Below, piece after piece: positions 19,518 through 28,959 of a stretch of DNA of 64,000 bases. The translations under genes and the position numbers were made by a program. The notes below the pieces were generated by a model. The model ran no database searches. It had not been told where the DNA came from and saw only the letters and a program-made list of their open reading frames with translations. The DNA comes from an uncultured Acidimicrobiia bacterium (lineage in GTDB: Bacteria; Actinomycetota; Acidimicrobiia; Acidimicrobiales; JACDCH01): NCBI GenBank assembly GCA_963821725.1, contig CAWGFA010000012.1, forward strand, positions 64,229 to 128,228, in the 5' to 3' direction. Each line of letters starts with the position of its first letter. The first letter of the stretch is position 1.

Positions 19518-20405
19518 GTGACATCGGTGGACGCACGGCAGTTCATCGGCCTGGAGCCGACCCACAACCCGCACCGATGGGTGCTCGCCGTCACGCCCGC
19601 GGTGTGCACCGGCGGCGGCTTCCTGTTCGGCGGCTGCGGGCTCGCCGCCGCGATCGCGGCGCTCGAAGGGACGACCGGTCGTCCGGCGGTGTGGGCCGCC
19701 TCGCAGTACCTGTCCTACGCCAGGCCGCCCGACATGATGGACGTCGACGTGACCATCGCGGCAGAGGGCCGCCAAGTGACGCAAGCCCGCGCCGTTGCGC
19801 ACGTCGTCGACCGCGAGATCCTGACAGTGAACGCAGCCCTCGGTTCTCGGCCGCTCGACGCCAGTGGGCAGTGGGAGGAGATGCCGAACGTCCCGCCGCC
19901 CGACGACTGCGCGCCCCGCGGCTATCGACACCCCAGCGAGGACTCGATCATGCAGCGGCTCGACATGCGCCTCGCCGACGGCCGCGACTTCGCGGACTTC
20001 GACGGCACGCCGGGCTCGGGTCACTCCGCGATGTGGGCACGGTTGCCGGACGTGCTCGACATGTCGGCCGCCGCGCTGGCCGTGCTCGGCGACTACGTGC
20101 CGTTCGGCGTCGGGCAGGCACTCGGCCAGATGGCGGGCGGGACGAGCATCGACAACACATTGCGGGTGGCTCGCCTCGTGCCGACCGAGTGGGTGCTGCT
20201 CGACATCCAGGTGCACACGATCCAGAACGGGTTCGGTCACGGGCTCGTCCATCTCTGGTCGGAGGACGGCACGCTGCTCGCGATCGCGAGCCAGTCGTGC
20301 ATCGTGCGCTTCTGGTCACCGGAGGTCGAGGCCTCCATCCGCTCGGAGATGGGCGGCAAGGACGACCGGCTCGCAACCGAGCTGGCGGACGAGGGAGGAC
20401 GATGA
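19518..20405 (+). CDS. acyl-CoA thioesterase II-like (double hot-dog) protein
   Basis: Real part of ORF 19200..20405, GTG start at 19518. The pattern ...GGFLFGGCGLAAAIAALE... together with the C-terminal half ...NGFGHGLVHLWSEDGTLLAIASQS is typical of TesB-like thioesterases. Confidence 0.75.
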   Translation: MTSVDARQFIGLEPTHNPHRWVLAVTPAVCTGGGFLFGGCGLAAAIAALEGTTGRPAVWAASQYLSYARPPDMMDVDVTIAAEGRQVTQARAVAHVVDREILTVNAALGSRPLDASGQWEEMPNVPPPDDCAPRGYRHPSEDSIMQRLDMRLADGRDFADFDGTPGSGHSAMWARLPDVLDMSAAALAVLGDYVPFGVGQALGQMAGGTSIDNTLRVARLVPTEWVLLDIQVHTIQNGFGHGLVHLWSEDGTLLAIASQSCIVRFWSPEVEASIRSEMGGKDDRLATELADEGGR

Positions 20406-21373
20406 CACAGCGCTACGGCATGACGATCCCGTTCGACGGTGCACCGCTCGGGGAACAGCGCGACATGATCGTCGAGCTCGCTGACCTCGGCTACACCGAT
20501 GTGTGGTCGGCCGAGTCCGACGGCGCCGACGGGTTCACCCCGCTCATCCTCGCCTCGCAGTGGGCGCCGTCGTTGCGATTGGGAACAGCGATCATCCCCG
20601 CGTTCACGCGAGGCCCCGCCTGTCTCGCGCAGTCGACCGGTTCGCTCGCGCAGGCTGCACCGGGTCGCTTCGTGCTCGGCATCGGAACGTCGTCCAACGT
20701 GATCGTCGAAGGTTGGAACGGGATCGGGTTCGAGCGTCCGTACGAGCGCACGCGCGACATGGTGCGCTTCTTGCGTGCCGCGATGACGGGCGAGAAGGTG
20801 ACACAGCACTACGACACGTTCAGCGTGCGGGGCTTCAAGCTGCGGGTGTTGCCCTCCGAGCCGGTCCCGATCCTCGTCGCGGCGCTTCGTGAGGGAATGT
20901 TGCGACTCGCCGGACGCGAAGGCGACGGCGCCATCATCAATTGGTTGTCCGCGGACGACGTCACCACGGTGGCGCCGATCGTGCAGAAGGCTTCGCCGGA
21001 CGGATCGAAGCGTGAAGTCGTCGCTCGCATCTTCGTGGCGCCCACGTCGGACGCCGAGGCTGTGCGAGCCGCGGGCAAGTTCGCGGTTGCGGCGTACCTC
21101 AACGTGCCGGTGTATGCGGCCTTCCACGACTGGCTCGGGCGAGGCGACGTCCTCGCGCCGATGTGGCAGAAGTGGAAGGACGGCGATCGGAAGGGGGCGG
21201 TCGAGGTCATCCCGGACTCGCTCGTCGACGAACTCATCGTGCACGGTCCGCCCGAAGCGTGCCGCGAGCACATCCAGCGTTACATCGACAACGGCGTCGA
21301 CACGCCGGCTCTCGCGCTGCTGCCGTTCGGCGTCGACACCCGACAGGCGATCCGCGATCTCGCACCGACGTGA
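20402..21373 (+). CDS. LLM class F420-dependent oxidoreductase
   Basis: Start MTQRYGMTIPFDG, with the ATG overlapping the upstream stop (ATGA). Luciferase-like fold hallmarks: ...LGYTDVWSAES...RFVLGIGTSS.... Intact. Confidence 0.85.
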   Translation: MTQRYGMTIPFDGAPLGEQRDMIVELADLGYTDVWSAESDGADGFTPLILASQWAPSLRLGTAIIPAFTRGPACLAQSTGSLAQAAPGRFVLGIGTSSNVIVEGWNGIGFERPYERTRDMVRFLRAAMTGEKVTQHYDTFSVRGFKLRVLPSEPVPILVAALREGMLRLAGREGDGAIINWLSADDVTTVAPIVQKASPDGSKREVVARIFVAPTSDAEAVRAAGKFAVAAYLNVPVYAAFHDWLGRGDVLAPMWQKWKDGDRKGAVEVIPDSLVDELIVHGPPEACREHIQRYIDNGVDTPALALLPFGVDTRQAIRDLAPT

Positions 21374-21445
21374 TGCTGACGGACACCGAGCGTCGTGCCG
21401 AGCGTCGAGCGCGAGCATCGTGGACGACGAGCGCGAGGTAGGGAC

Positions 21446-21841
21446 ATGCCGCAGTCGAAGGGTCTGAACCACATCGCGATGAGCGTGCCGCGGGGCACGC
21501 TGACGGACGAGCACGTCGCTGCGATCTGTGACTTCTACGGACATCACCTCGGATGGCAGCTGCTCGAGGCCTACCGGCAAGCCGACCGGCTGACTCTCGC
21601 CGTCGGCCGACGGACCTACATCAACCTTCGAGAACGCGATGACGTCATGGTCTGCCACGACTACGAGCACTTCGGCATCACGCTCGAGTCCGCGGACGAC
21701 ATCGAGCAGCTGTGGGACGACCTGCGGGCTGACGGCCGCGACGTCGAGGTGGGCGAGCTCGAGGCATCGGAGGACGGCTTTCGCGTTTTCCGGTTCCGCT
21801 ACCTGCTGCCGCTGACCGTCGAGGTGCAGTACCTCCCCTAG
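21446..21841 (+). CDS. VOC (glyoxalase/bleomycin-resistance/dioxygenase) family protein
   Basis: MPQSKGLNHIAMSVPRG...YEHFGITLES.... GAGGTAGGGA lies upstream of ATG 21446. Confidence 0.7.
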   Translation: MPQSKGLNHIAMSVPRGTLTDEHVAAICDFYGHHLGWQLLEAYRQADRLTLAVGRRTYINLRERDDVMVCHDYEHFGITLESADDIEQLWDDLRADGRDVEVGELEASEDGFRVFRFRYLLPLTVEVQYLP

Positions 21842-21863
21842 AGCGCTCGGCGTGTCCCTCAGC

Positions 21864-21897
21864 CCAGTGTGGACGAACGTCTGTTCGTCTACACTGG
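21864..21897 (+). promoter_or_regulatory. 34-bp inverted repeat containing a LexA (SOS/Cheo) box, immediately upstream of alkB
   Basis: CCAGTGTGGACGAACG-TC-TGTTCGTCTACACTGG, with 14 of 16 arm positions complementary. The core CGAACGTCTGTTCG (21874-21887) is a perfect CGAAC-N4-GTTCG box and ends 12 nt before ATG 21900. Confidence 0.55.
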
Positions 21898-21899
21898 CA

Positions 21900-22503
21900 A
21901 TGGTGCAGTACAGCCTCCAAGGGACGCTGCTCGGCAGCCTCGACCCGTCGGTCGACGACTCCTTCGCCGGCCTCGAACGAACGCATCTCGACGGCGATGC
22001 GTGGATCGACCATGCGCCGGGTTGGGTGACCGGGGCGGATGCGCTGTTCGACCACGTGCTCGAGCAACTCGCGTGGGAGGGTCGTCGGGTGCACATGTAC
22101 GACAAGGTGCTCGACGAGCCCCGGCTGCACGGGAGCTTCGACGAGGGCACCCGTCCCGCGATCGTCGATCGGATGCGAACCGTGCTCAGCGATCGCTACG
22201 GCGTCGATTTCACGTCGGTTCGGGCGAACCTCTATCGCAACGGGTCCGACAGCGTCGCATGGCACGGCGACCGGGTGGCGCGTGAGCTTCCCGAAGCGTT
22301 CGTCGCCATCGTCTCGCTCGGTGGCCAGCGGCGGTTCCTGCTGCGGCCGAAGGGCGGCGGGAGATCCGTTCGGTTCGATCCCGGACCAGGAGACCTGCTC
22401 GTCATGGGCGGCGCGTGCCAGCGCTTGTGGCAGCACACCGTGCCGAAGGTCGCACACGCCGAGCGCCCGCATCTCGCTCACGTTCCGCCACGCATACGAG
22501 TGA
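21900..22503 (+). pseudogene. alkB: alpha-ketoglutarate-dependent dioxygenase AlkB, one frame disruption near 22468
   Basis: MVQYSLQGTLL.... The HxD motif (VAWHGD) and QRLWQHTVPKV are in ORF 21852..22586. The conserved C-terminus RISLTFRHAYE* is in ORF 22039..22503. Confidence 0.8.
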
Positions 22504-22521
22504 GCGCCGGACCGGCCGCGG

Positions 22522-23769
22522 TCACGGCGTCGGACAGTTCGACGGCGCCGGCTTGCCGGCGAAGCGATCGTCGATCCACCGCTTGACATCCGGAAACGCG
22601 GTGGGCACCACGCTGGTGTGGGTCTGACCGTCGTACACCGTCCGCGTGACGACCTGTCCGAGCTTGCACAACCGGTCGAACAACAGCTGGCTGGCACCTG
22701 CAGGGATCGTCGTGTCGTTGCTGCCGTGGATGATGAGCAGCGGCGAGTCCATGCGCGTGTGACCGGGATCGTTCTGGACGATGAGATCCGACCACGGCGG
22801 CGTCTTGGCCGGGTCGGACTTGATGAGGTCCGCGTAGCTCTGGCCGTTGAAGACCTTGAAGTCGTCACAACTGTTGGTCACGTTCGGCATCAGCGAGATG
22901 GCCTTGTCGGTGAGGATCGCATGGAGGTCGGCATCGGGGTACGCCGCGTGGAAGCCGTCGACGACCATCATCAAGAGCGACTGATCCGGCGCTCCCTGGA
23001 ACAGCGCGCCGAGCAGCGGTAACTCGGTGGCCGGGGCCCCGGCCTCGGTGCCCAGGAGGTGAAGTTCGGGAGCCCATGTCGGCGCGATCTGGTTGGCGAA
23101 CAACGCCGCATGTCCGCCCTGGCTGTGACCCCACACCACGAACCGATCGCTCGCGTGTGCGAAGGACAGGTGCCGCGCCGCACGGACGATGTCGACGACG
23201 CCCCGGCCCTCGCTCTCACCGACGATGTACGGGTGGACGCCCGGTGTGCCGAGGCCCTCGTAGTCGGTCGCCGTCACGATGATCCCTTCGTCGAGGAACG
23301 GCATCGCGAAGGCGCCCATCGAGAACGGGTCCGGCTGCTTCGACGGCGCGCAGTCGTCGCCCAGGCCGGTGGTGCCGTGCGCCCAACTGAGGACGTTGCG
23401 GCCGTCCGGCGGCGCAGGACTGTCGGGAACGGTGATCAGTCCGGTCACCGCGATATCGGCGTTCTGGAGGGATCGGGAGTGGTACATCACGCGGTAGAGC
23501 GTGCCGTCGGTGAGACCCGACTCGGGCACCTCCTGCACTCTGATCAGGTCGCCGGGATTGCCCGCCGGGAGGGGAGTGGGTACGGCATAGAAGTCGGCGG
23601 CAGTGCCGGTGAAGAGGCTGCCGTCCTGGGCATCGGTCGGCGAGGACGAAGCCGACGCGGAGGATGCACTCGACGCGTCCGGCTTTGCGTCACTCGAGCA
23701 CGCGGCGACGAAGAAGACGATTGCAATGAGCGCCAGGAGCGGACGAAATCGGTTGATCCGGCGGAGCAC
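22522..23769 (-). CDS. secretory lipase (LIP family) lipoprotein
   Basis: Real part of ORF 22522..24336(-), GTG start at 23769. Signal peptide plus lipobox (FFVAAC), nucleophile elbow GHSQGG, and overall LIP-family layout. Intact. Confidence 0.8.
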   Translation of the reverse strand: MLRRINRFRPLLALIAIVFFVAACSSDAKPDASSASSASASSSPTDAQDGSLFTGTAADFYAVPTPLPAGNPGDLIRVQEVPESGLTDGTLYRVMYHSRSLQNADIAVTGLITVPDSPAPPDGRNVLSWAHGTTGLGDDCAPSKQPDPFSMGAFAMPFLDEGIIVTATDYEGLGTPGVHPYIVGESEGRGVVDIVRAARHLSFAHASDRFVVWGHSQGGHAALFANQIAPTWAPELHLLGTEAGAPATELPLLGALFQGAPDQSLLMMVVDGFHAAYPDADLHAILTDKAISLMPNVTNSCDDFKVFNGQSYADLIKSDPAKTPPWSDLIVQNDPGHTRMDSPLLIIHGSNDTTIPAGASQLLFDRLCKLGQVVTRTVYDGQTHTSVVPTAFPDVKRWIDDRFAGKPAPSNCPTP

Positions 23770-23821
23770 GGCGGAAGGGTACGGGTTGCCGGCACGGGAT
23801 CGCGCGCGAGAGTGAGGGGTC

Positions 23822-24984
23822 GTGCGCCCGGTTCGAGCGTCGTTCTTCACGTTTGGATTCTTCTGGGGTACGTGGGCCGTCGTGGCGCTCGATGTGCAAC
23901 GGTTCCTCGGCTTCAGCGACGCCGGCCTCGGCCTGCTTCTGGCGGCGACGGTCGTCGGCGGCGTTCTCGCCAACGGTGCCGGCGGCATCCTCGCCGAACG
24001 GCTCGGCACGCGCACGCTGCTCAGCGGTGCGCTGGTCTTGTGGGGTGCGTTGCTGCTGGGCGTCGCCATGACGACGAACGAATGGGCGTTCTGTCTGCTG
24101 TTCCTGGCGACGGTGGCGGGCGGAGGGCTCGTCGACGTCGTCATGAACGTCGCCGGCACGGCCGCGCTCGGCAGCGACTCGGCGCGTCTGCTGCGACTGC
24201 ACGCGCTGTTCAACGCCGGCGCGCTTGCCGGTGCCGCGACGGCTGGCATCCTGCTCGAACGTGGCATCGGCTTCCGTGCCGTCTGGGCCGGCGTGGCGGT
24301 CGCCGCTTTCGTTCTCGCTTTGTGGTGCCGCGTCACGGACCTGCCGGCCGGCGAGCGCGGTGAGCACTACACGGTGCGCGAAGGCCTTGCCTCGTTGCGC
24401 GCTACCGGGCTCGCGACCGTCGCTGTCGTGTTCGCCATCGGCGCAGTGGTCGAGGGCGGTATCGGGACATGGGGTGTGCTCTTCCTGCGCCGCGAACCTC
24501 GGCCTGGCGGCAGTCGCCGGAGCGGCGGCCTACGTCGCGGGGCAGGGCCTGGCGACCGCGGCGCGGTGCAGTCTCGGGTGGACGACGTCGCATCTCGGTG
24601 ACCGGCGGGGCGCACAATGGGGTCTCGCCCTGGCAGGCGCCGGGTTGTTGGTCGAGGCGACAGCGAACAACGACGCGCTCGCCGCGATCGGTCTCGGTGC
24701 GGCTGCGGTCGGCGTGTCGATCTACTGGCCATTGCTGCTCGCGTTCGCCAGCCGCGGCAGCACCCGGCCCGGGCTCGTGGTCGGCGGTCTCAGCGCGTGC
24801 GGCTATGTCGGCTTCCTCGCCGGCCCTCCCGTCGTGGGATGGATCGCGCAGGCGACCGACCTGCGGTGGGGGATCGGCGTGCTCGCCGCCGCCGCGTTCG
24901 CGGGCGCGGTGGTCAGGATCCGCCGCGCCACGGGTGTCGCCGATCGCGGTCGAGTCTCAGCCAGGGAGCAGGATCGCGAGCTGA
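23822..24984 (+). pseudogene. MFS transporter, frame disruption near 24490; 3' end uncertain
   Basis: ORF 23822..24601 gives six hydrophobic helices. ORF 24225..25577 continues from ...NLGLAAVAGAAAYVAGQG... with about six more helices. No in-frame stop follows the last helix, so a second indel near 24930 is likely. Confidence 0.7.
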
Positions 24985-25761
24985 CGGCTGTTGGCGACGA
25001 GCGCACCGTCCGGGGCCCACAGCTGTCCGTCCTCTTCGACGAACCCGTCCACGGCGGTGCGGCTCGCAAACCGGGTGAGGACGAATTCCTCCTGGCCCAA
25101 CCCGGCATACGGGAGCGCGACGCGAAAGTGGATGGTGAGATCGACGGTCGGCACCGGCGCGTCGACGATGGCGAAGGCGGCCGGGAACCACGCGTCGGCC
25201 ATCGCGGCCACGACGACGGCGTCGATCGGCTCCGGCTCGGCGAGACGGATCCAGCCGCCGGTCTCCGCGGTCGGCGACTTGGCACCGGGCGGCGTTCCGA
25301 ACGCGTAGCGGAGATCCCAATAGCTCGAGAACGGCAGGGGCGGGCGGTCGCGCACCGGGAGCCCGACCGTGTCGGGACCGGGAACGACGGGTGGCGGATC
25401 GTGCTGCCAGTGCGGGCCAGTCCAGGCGGGCGAGAACACGGCCAGCGCGGCGAGTGCGGGCTTGCCGAACTGGTCCAGGCGAGCGGAGCACGTCACCAGC
25501 GAGCGGCCCACGCGCACCAGCTCGGTGGTGACGGTGGCAGGGCCCGCGACCGGTGCTCCGCGCGTAGTGCACGGTGAGCGATCGGGGCGGACGAATCGGA
25601 TCGTCGCCCGTGTCAGCCACGCGCATCGACATCGCGCGAAGCAGCACCGCCGCGAGGTATCCGCCGTTCGGTCCGCGCACGATGAACGACGACGGCTCGA
25701 CGTCGAGCTCGAAGGTGTCAGTCGACGTTCGTTCGACTGCGGTCAGCTCGGAGAAGTTCAC
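24957..25761 (-). pseudogene. thioesterase-like superfamily (TesB-like acyl-CoA thioesterase) protein, one frame disruption near 25565
   Basis: VNFSELTAVERTSTDTFELDVEPSSFIVRGPNGGYLAAVLLRAM... is followed by ORF 24957..25517(-), ...VRVGRSLVTCSARLDQFGKPAL.... The GTG at 25761 would overlap the corrected GlxA stop (GTGA). Confidence 0.6.
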
Positions 25762-26784
25762 GAGCGCGCGTTCGTGGAAGGTTCGTCGGTAGCTCATCGG
25801 CGAGGTGTCGACGAGGCGGCGGAAGTGCGTCCGCAGCACGGTGGCGGACCCGAAGCCGCATCGTTCGGCGATCACCTCGACCGGCAGGTCGGTTGTCTCG
25901 AGCAGACGTTGCGCGTGCAGGATCCGTTGCCGTAGCAACCACTGCAGCGGCGTCGTGCCCGTCGCGGTCGCGGAATCGGCGGGCGAACGTTCGGGGGCTC
26001 ATCAAGGCGCGGCGTGCGAGCAGCTCGACGGTCAACGGCTCGTCGAGATGCTCGACCGCCCAATCGAGGGTCGCGGCCAGCTGATCGCTCTCGCACTCGG
26101 TGACGACCGCCTCGCGAACGAACTGCGCTTGTCCGCCATCGCGATGCGGCGGCACGACCATGCGGCGAGCGACAGCGTTCGCGACCTCCGCGCCGTGATC
26201 GAGCGGACGATGTGCAGGCAGAGATCGATTCCCGCAGCGGTGCCCGCCGACGTGAGGATCTGACCGTCGTCGACGTAGAGCACGTTTGGATCGACCTTGA
26301 CCGCCGGGAAGGCCTTGTGCGAGTTGATCGGTGTACATCCAATGCGTCGTGGCGCGCCGGCCGTCGAGCAGCCCGGCGTGTGCGAGCGCGAACGCTCCCG
26401 GAGCACACGCTCAGCAGGCGAGCCCCACGGCGGTACGCCCGTTGCAACTTCGAGACCATCTCGTCGGGCGGTCGATCCCAGTGCATCGGATACCCGAGGC
26501 CGGCACGACGATGGTGTCCGCAGTCGTTCGCCGCCGACATGCGGACGTAGACCATCGAGGACGAAACCCAGCGACGTCCGTACCGGTCGGCCGTCGACGG
26601 AGCACAGCACGAGCTCGTAGGGCCAAGGGTCGAGGATCTCGGGACGAGCCAACCCGAAGACCTCGCACACGACTGCAAACTCGAACGGCGATGCGCCATC
26701 GGCGAGCAGCGCCGCAACTCGGTGGCGTTTTCTGTCAACAGATCTCACACTGGTGGGCCGCCGCGTCGTTTTCTTCGCAGACAC
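25758..26784 (-). pseudogene. GlxA family (DJ-1/PfpI domain + AraC-type HTH) transcriptional regulator, at least six frame disruptions
   Basis: Recognisable pieces are spread over all three minus frames. They include RVAALLADGASPFEFAVVCEVFG; ARLLSVCSG; KAFPAVKVDPNVLYVDDGQILTSAGTAAGIDLCLHIV; DHGAEVANAVARRMVVPPHRDGGQAQF; LMSPRTFARRFR; and LLRQRILHAQRLLETTDLPVEVIAERCGFGSATVLRTHFRRLVDTSPMSYRRTF. Confidence 0.75.
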
Positions 26785-26865
26785 GCTGTCAGTATGGCAG
26801 AAATCATTCGACCATGTACATCTCTGCCACTAGCGTCTGTGACCGACGAGATGGAGGATCAGGCC

Positions 26866-27036
26866 ATGTTCACGGTGCACTGTCCCGAGCACGGGCGTGA
26901 AGTGTTGTTGTCCGAGCGCCGCATCGAGTCACTGCACAACACGATGAACGGCATCGAGGTCCGGTGGGTCTGCTGGTGCGGTACCCGGGGCAGCATGCTG
27001 ACCGGACGTCTCCGCGGGTCGAACGCCCTCGTCTGA
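26866..27036 (+). CDS. small Cys/His-containing hypothetical protein (56 aa)
   Basis: MFTVHCPEHGREVLLSERRIESLHNTMNGIEVRWVCWCGTRGSMLTGRLRGSNALV. GGAGGA lies 9 nt upstream of ATG 26866, in a visibly lower-GC spacer. HCPEH...CWCG suggests a zinc-ribbon-like site. Confidence 0.45.
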   Translation: MFTVHCPEHGREVLLSERRIESLHNTMNGIEVRWVCWCGTRGSMLTGRLRGSNALV

Positions 27037-27059
27037 GCGCCTCCCGACGACGACAGCTC

Positions 27060-28130
27060 TCAGCCCGAGATGGCGGCAGCCGCTCGCAGGTGGTCGATCA
27101 GTTCGGCGAGCGGCACGCGGGCGTTGAGGCCGCTCGTGGACGGCATCACGTACGCAGGACGGCCGCCGATGCCATCGGGTTGCCGGCCCGGTTTGGCACG
27201 CGGATCCACCGCTGCTCTCCATCCCGCCAGGCCGACGAACACGACCACCCCGGGCTGCAGCCACTGCACCAGCCGCTCGACACGGGCGTAGCCGGCGCGG
27301 TACTCGTCCCTCGTGAGCTCGCTCGCAGCGACCGTCGCTCGCTTCACGAGATCGGTGAATCCGACGCTGTGCGCGGCGGAACGCATGCCATGGATCGCGG
27401 TCGCGTGACGCGATGCCGGCCGCGAGCGCCGCGGGCCAGAACCGGTTACCCGGCCGGGCGAACCCGATCCCGGCGTCGGCTGCATAGAGGCTCGGGTTGA
27501 GCCCGCACGACCAGCAGCCGCAGGTCCGGACGCACGAGGTCGGCCAGCGTCCGTGCTCGAGTGAGCCGAACGTGGACCTCGTACTCGGTCTCGCCGTGGA
27601 CGTCGTAGCCGTCGACGTCGAATCCGGCACCGACGACGACGTCGAGCAACTGATCGAGGTCCCACTGTGAGAAGAAGCGATCGGGGAAGTCGTTGCGCCT
27701 GAAGATGTTGCGTCCCTCGCGGTCGCCGAGCAGCACCAGCACCATCGCCTGAGCACCGACAGCGAGGGCGCGATGAAGGTCCGCGAGCGCGCCGGGCACG
27801 TTCGCGCGCGGCAGGTGGACATAGCTGTTGCGGGCCCATGCCGTCGTGAGGGCCTCACGGCGGAAGGGGAGCGCCTCGAGGTCCGCTTGAACGGGGAGCG
27901 CGGCCGGCGTGTTCTCGCGAGACGAGTCGCAACATCGCCAGCGCGCCGTCGAGTGCGACGACCGGCTTCGGCAGCAGGCCGGAGTGCCAACCGGGCCCGC
28001 AGCCGAGATCGACGCTCGGTCCGGACGAACGCGCAGCCAGCGCTCGAGTGAGCTCAGTGCGATTGGGCTTACGGACGTTCGCCCACTCGAGGGCGTTCGC
28101 TTCGTAGATGCGGAGGGTCTTCTGGTCCAC
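27060..28130 (-). pseudogene. mug: fusion protein: class I SAM-dependent methyltransferase domain + G/U mismatch-specific DNA glycosylase (Mug, UDG family 2) domain; three frame disruptions (about 27893, 27505, 27410)
   Basis: The N-terminal half carries SAM motif I (VDLGCGPGW) and continues to ...NSYVHLPRANVPGALADLHR.... It runs without a stop through HVRLTRARTLADLVRPDLRLLVV into GLNPSLYAADAGIGFARPGNRFWP. Later comes ...GFTDLVKRAT...YVMPSTSGLNA. These match the E. coli Mug motifs GINPG...ANRFW...NPSGL as I recall them. Confidence 0.75.
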
Positions 28131-28142
28131 TGCGTCCAGAAG

Positions 28143-28935
28143 TCACGCGAGGGATTCGTTGATCTGGCGTTGGAGGCGCCGCATCCCCGACAGCCACCGG
28201 TCCGGATCCTCGACCTTGCGGCGCAGGTAGTCGGTGACTTCGGGGTGGGGCAGGATCAGGAACCGCTCGGCGTGCAGTCCCTCGACCACTGCGTCAGCGA
28301 CATCCTCGGGTTCGATGGCTCCTTGCGCGAGCACGACCTCCGTCGAGGGGTCGCCGGGCATGCCGAGGAGCATGTTCGTGCGAACACCTTGCGGGCAGAG
28401 GCATGACACCTTGATGCCCTGGTCGCCGTACGCGACGGCGAGCCATTCGGCGAACCCGACGGCAGCGTGCTTGGTGGCCGTGTACGCACGCGTTGCCGAT
28501 GTTCATCAGCAGTCCCGCGGCTGATGCCGTATTGAGCAGGTAGCCCTCACCGCGCGCCAGCATCGACGGCAGCACCGCTCTCGCCGCGAACACGTGCGCC
28601 ATCACGTTGATCTCCCACACCGACTGCCATCGCTCGTCGGGTGCCTCGATCCCACCGCCGCCCCCGATGCCGGCATTCGAACAGAACAGATCGATCGGGC
28701 CGAAGTGCTCTTCGGTGTGCTCGACGACGTTGACGATGTCGGCTTCGACGGCGACGTCGGCGGTCAGACCGAGTGCGATGTCACCGAGCTCAGCGGCAAG
28801 GGTCTGGACGCCGTCGCCGTCCCGGTCGACGACCACGACCCCACGTGCGCCCTCAGCAACGAACCGACGGCACAATGCTCGACCGATGCCGTTGGCACCG
28901 CCGGTGACGACGACGACCTTGTCGGACAAGTCCAC
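28143..28935 (-). pseudogene. SDR family oxidoreductase, one frame disruption near 28480
   Basis: [21 protein letters not shown]...NAGIGG...LLNTASAAG is in ORF 28294..28935(-). The catalytic [11 protein letters not shown] segment and the C-terminus are in the frame of ORF 28143..28409(-). Confidence 0.8.
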
Positions 28936-28959
28936 GTCGTGAACGTAGTCCTCGCGCCG

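Noticed and set aside
25740-25790. Apparent in-frame fusion of the GlxA regulator to the downstream thioesterase, and likewise read-through of the thermonuclease into ChbG at about 16519-16560
   Set aside because: The missing stop codons are best explained by 1-nt indels. A 1-nt correction in the GCGCGC run makes GlxA end at a TGA that overlaps the thioesterase GTG (GTGA), a normal operon junction. The domains on either side are complete proteins in other organisms.
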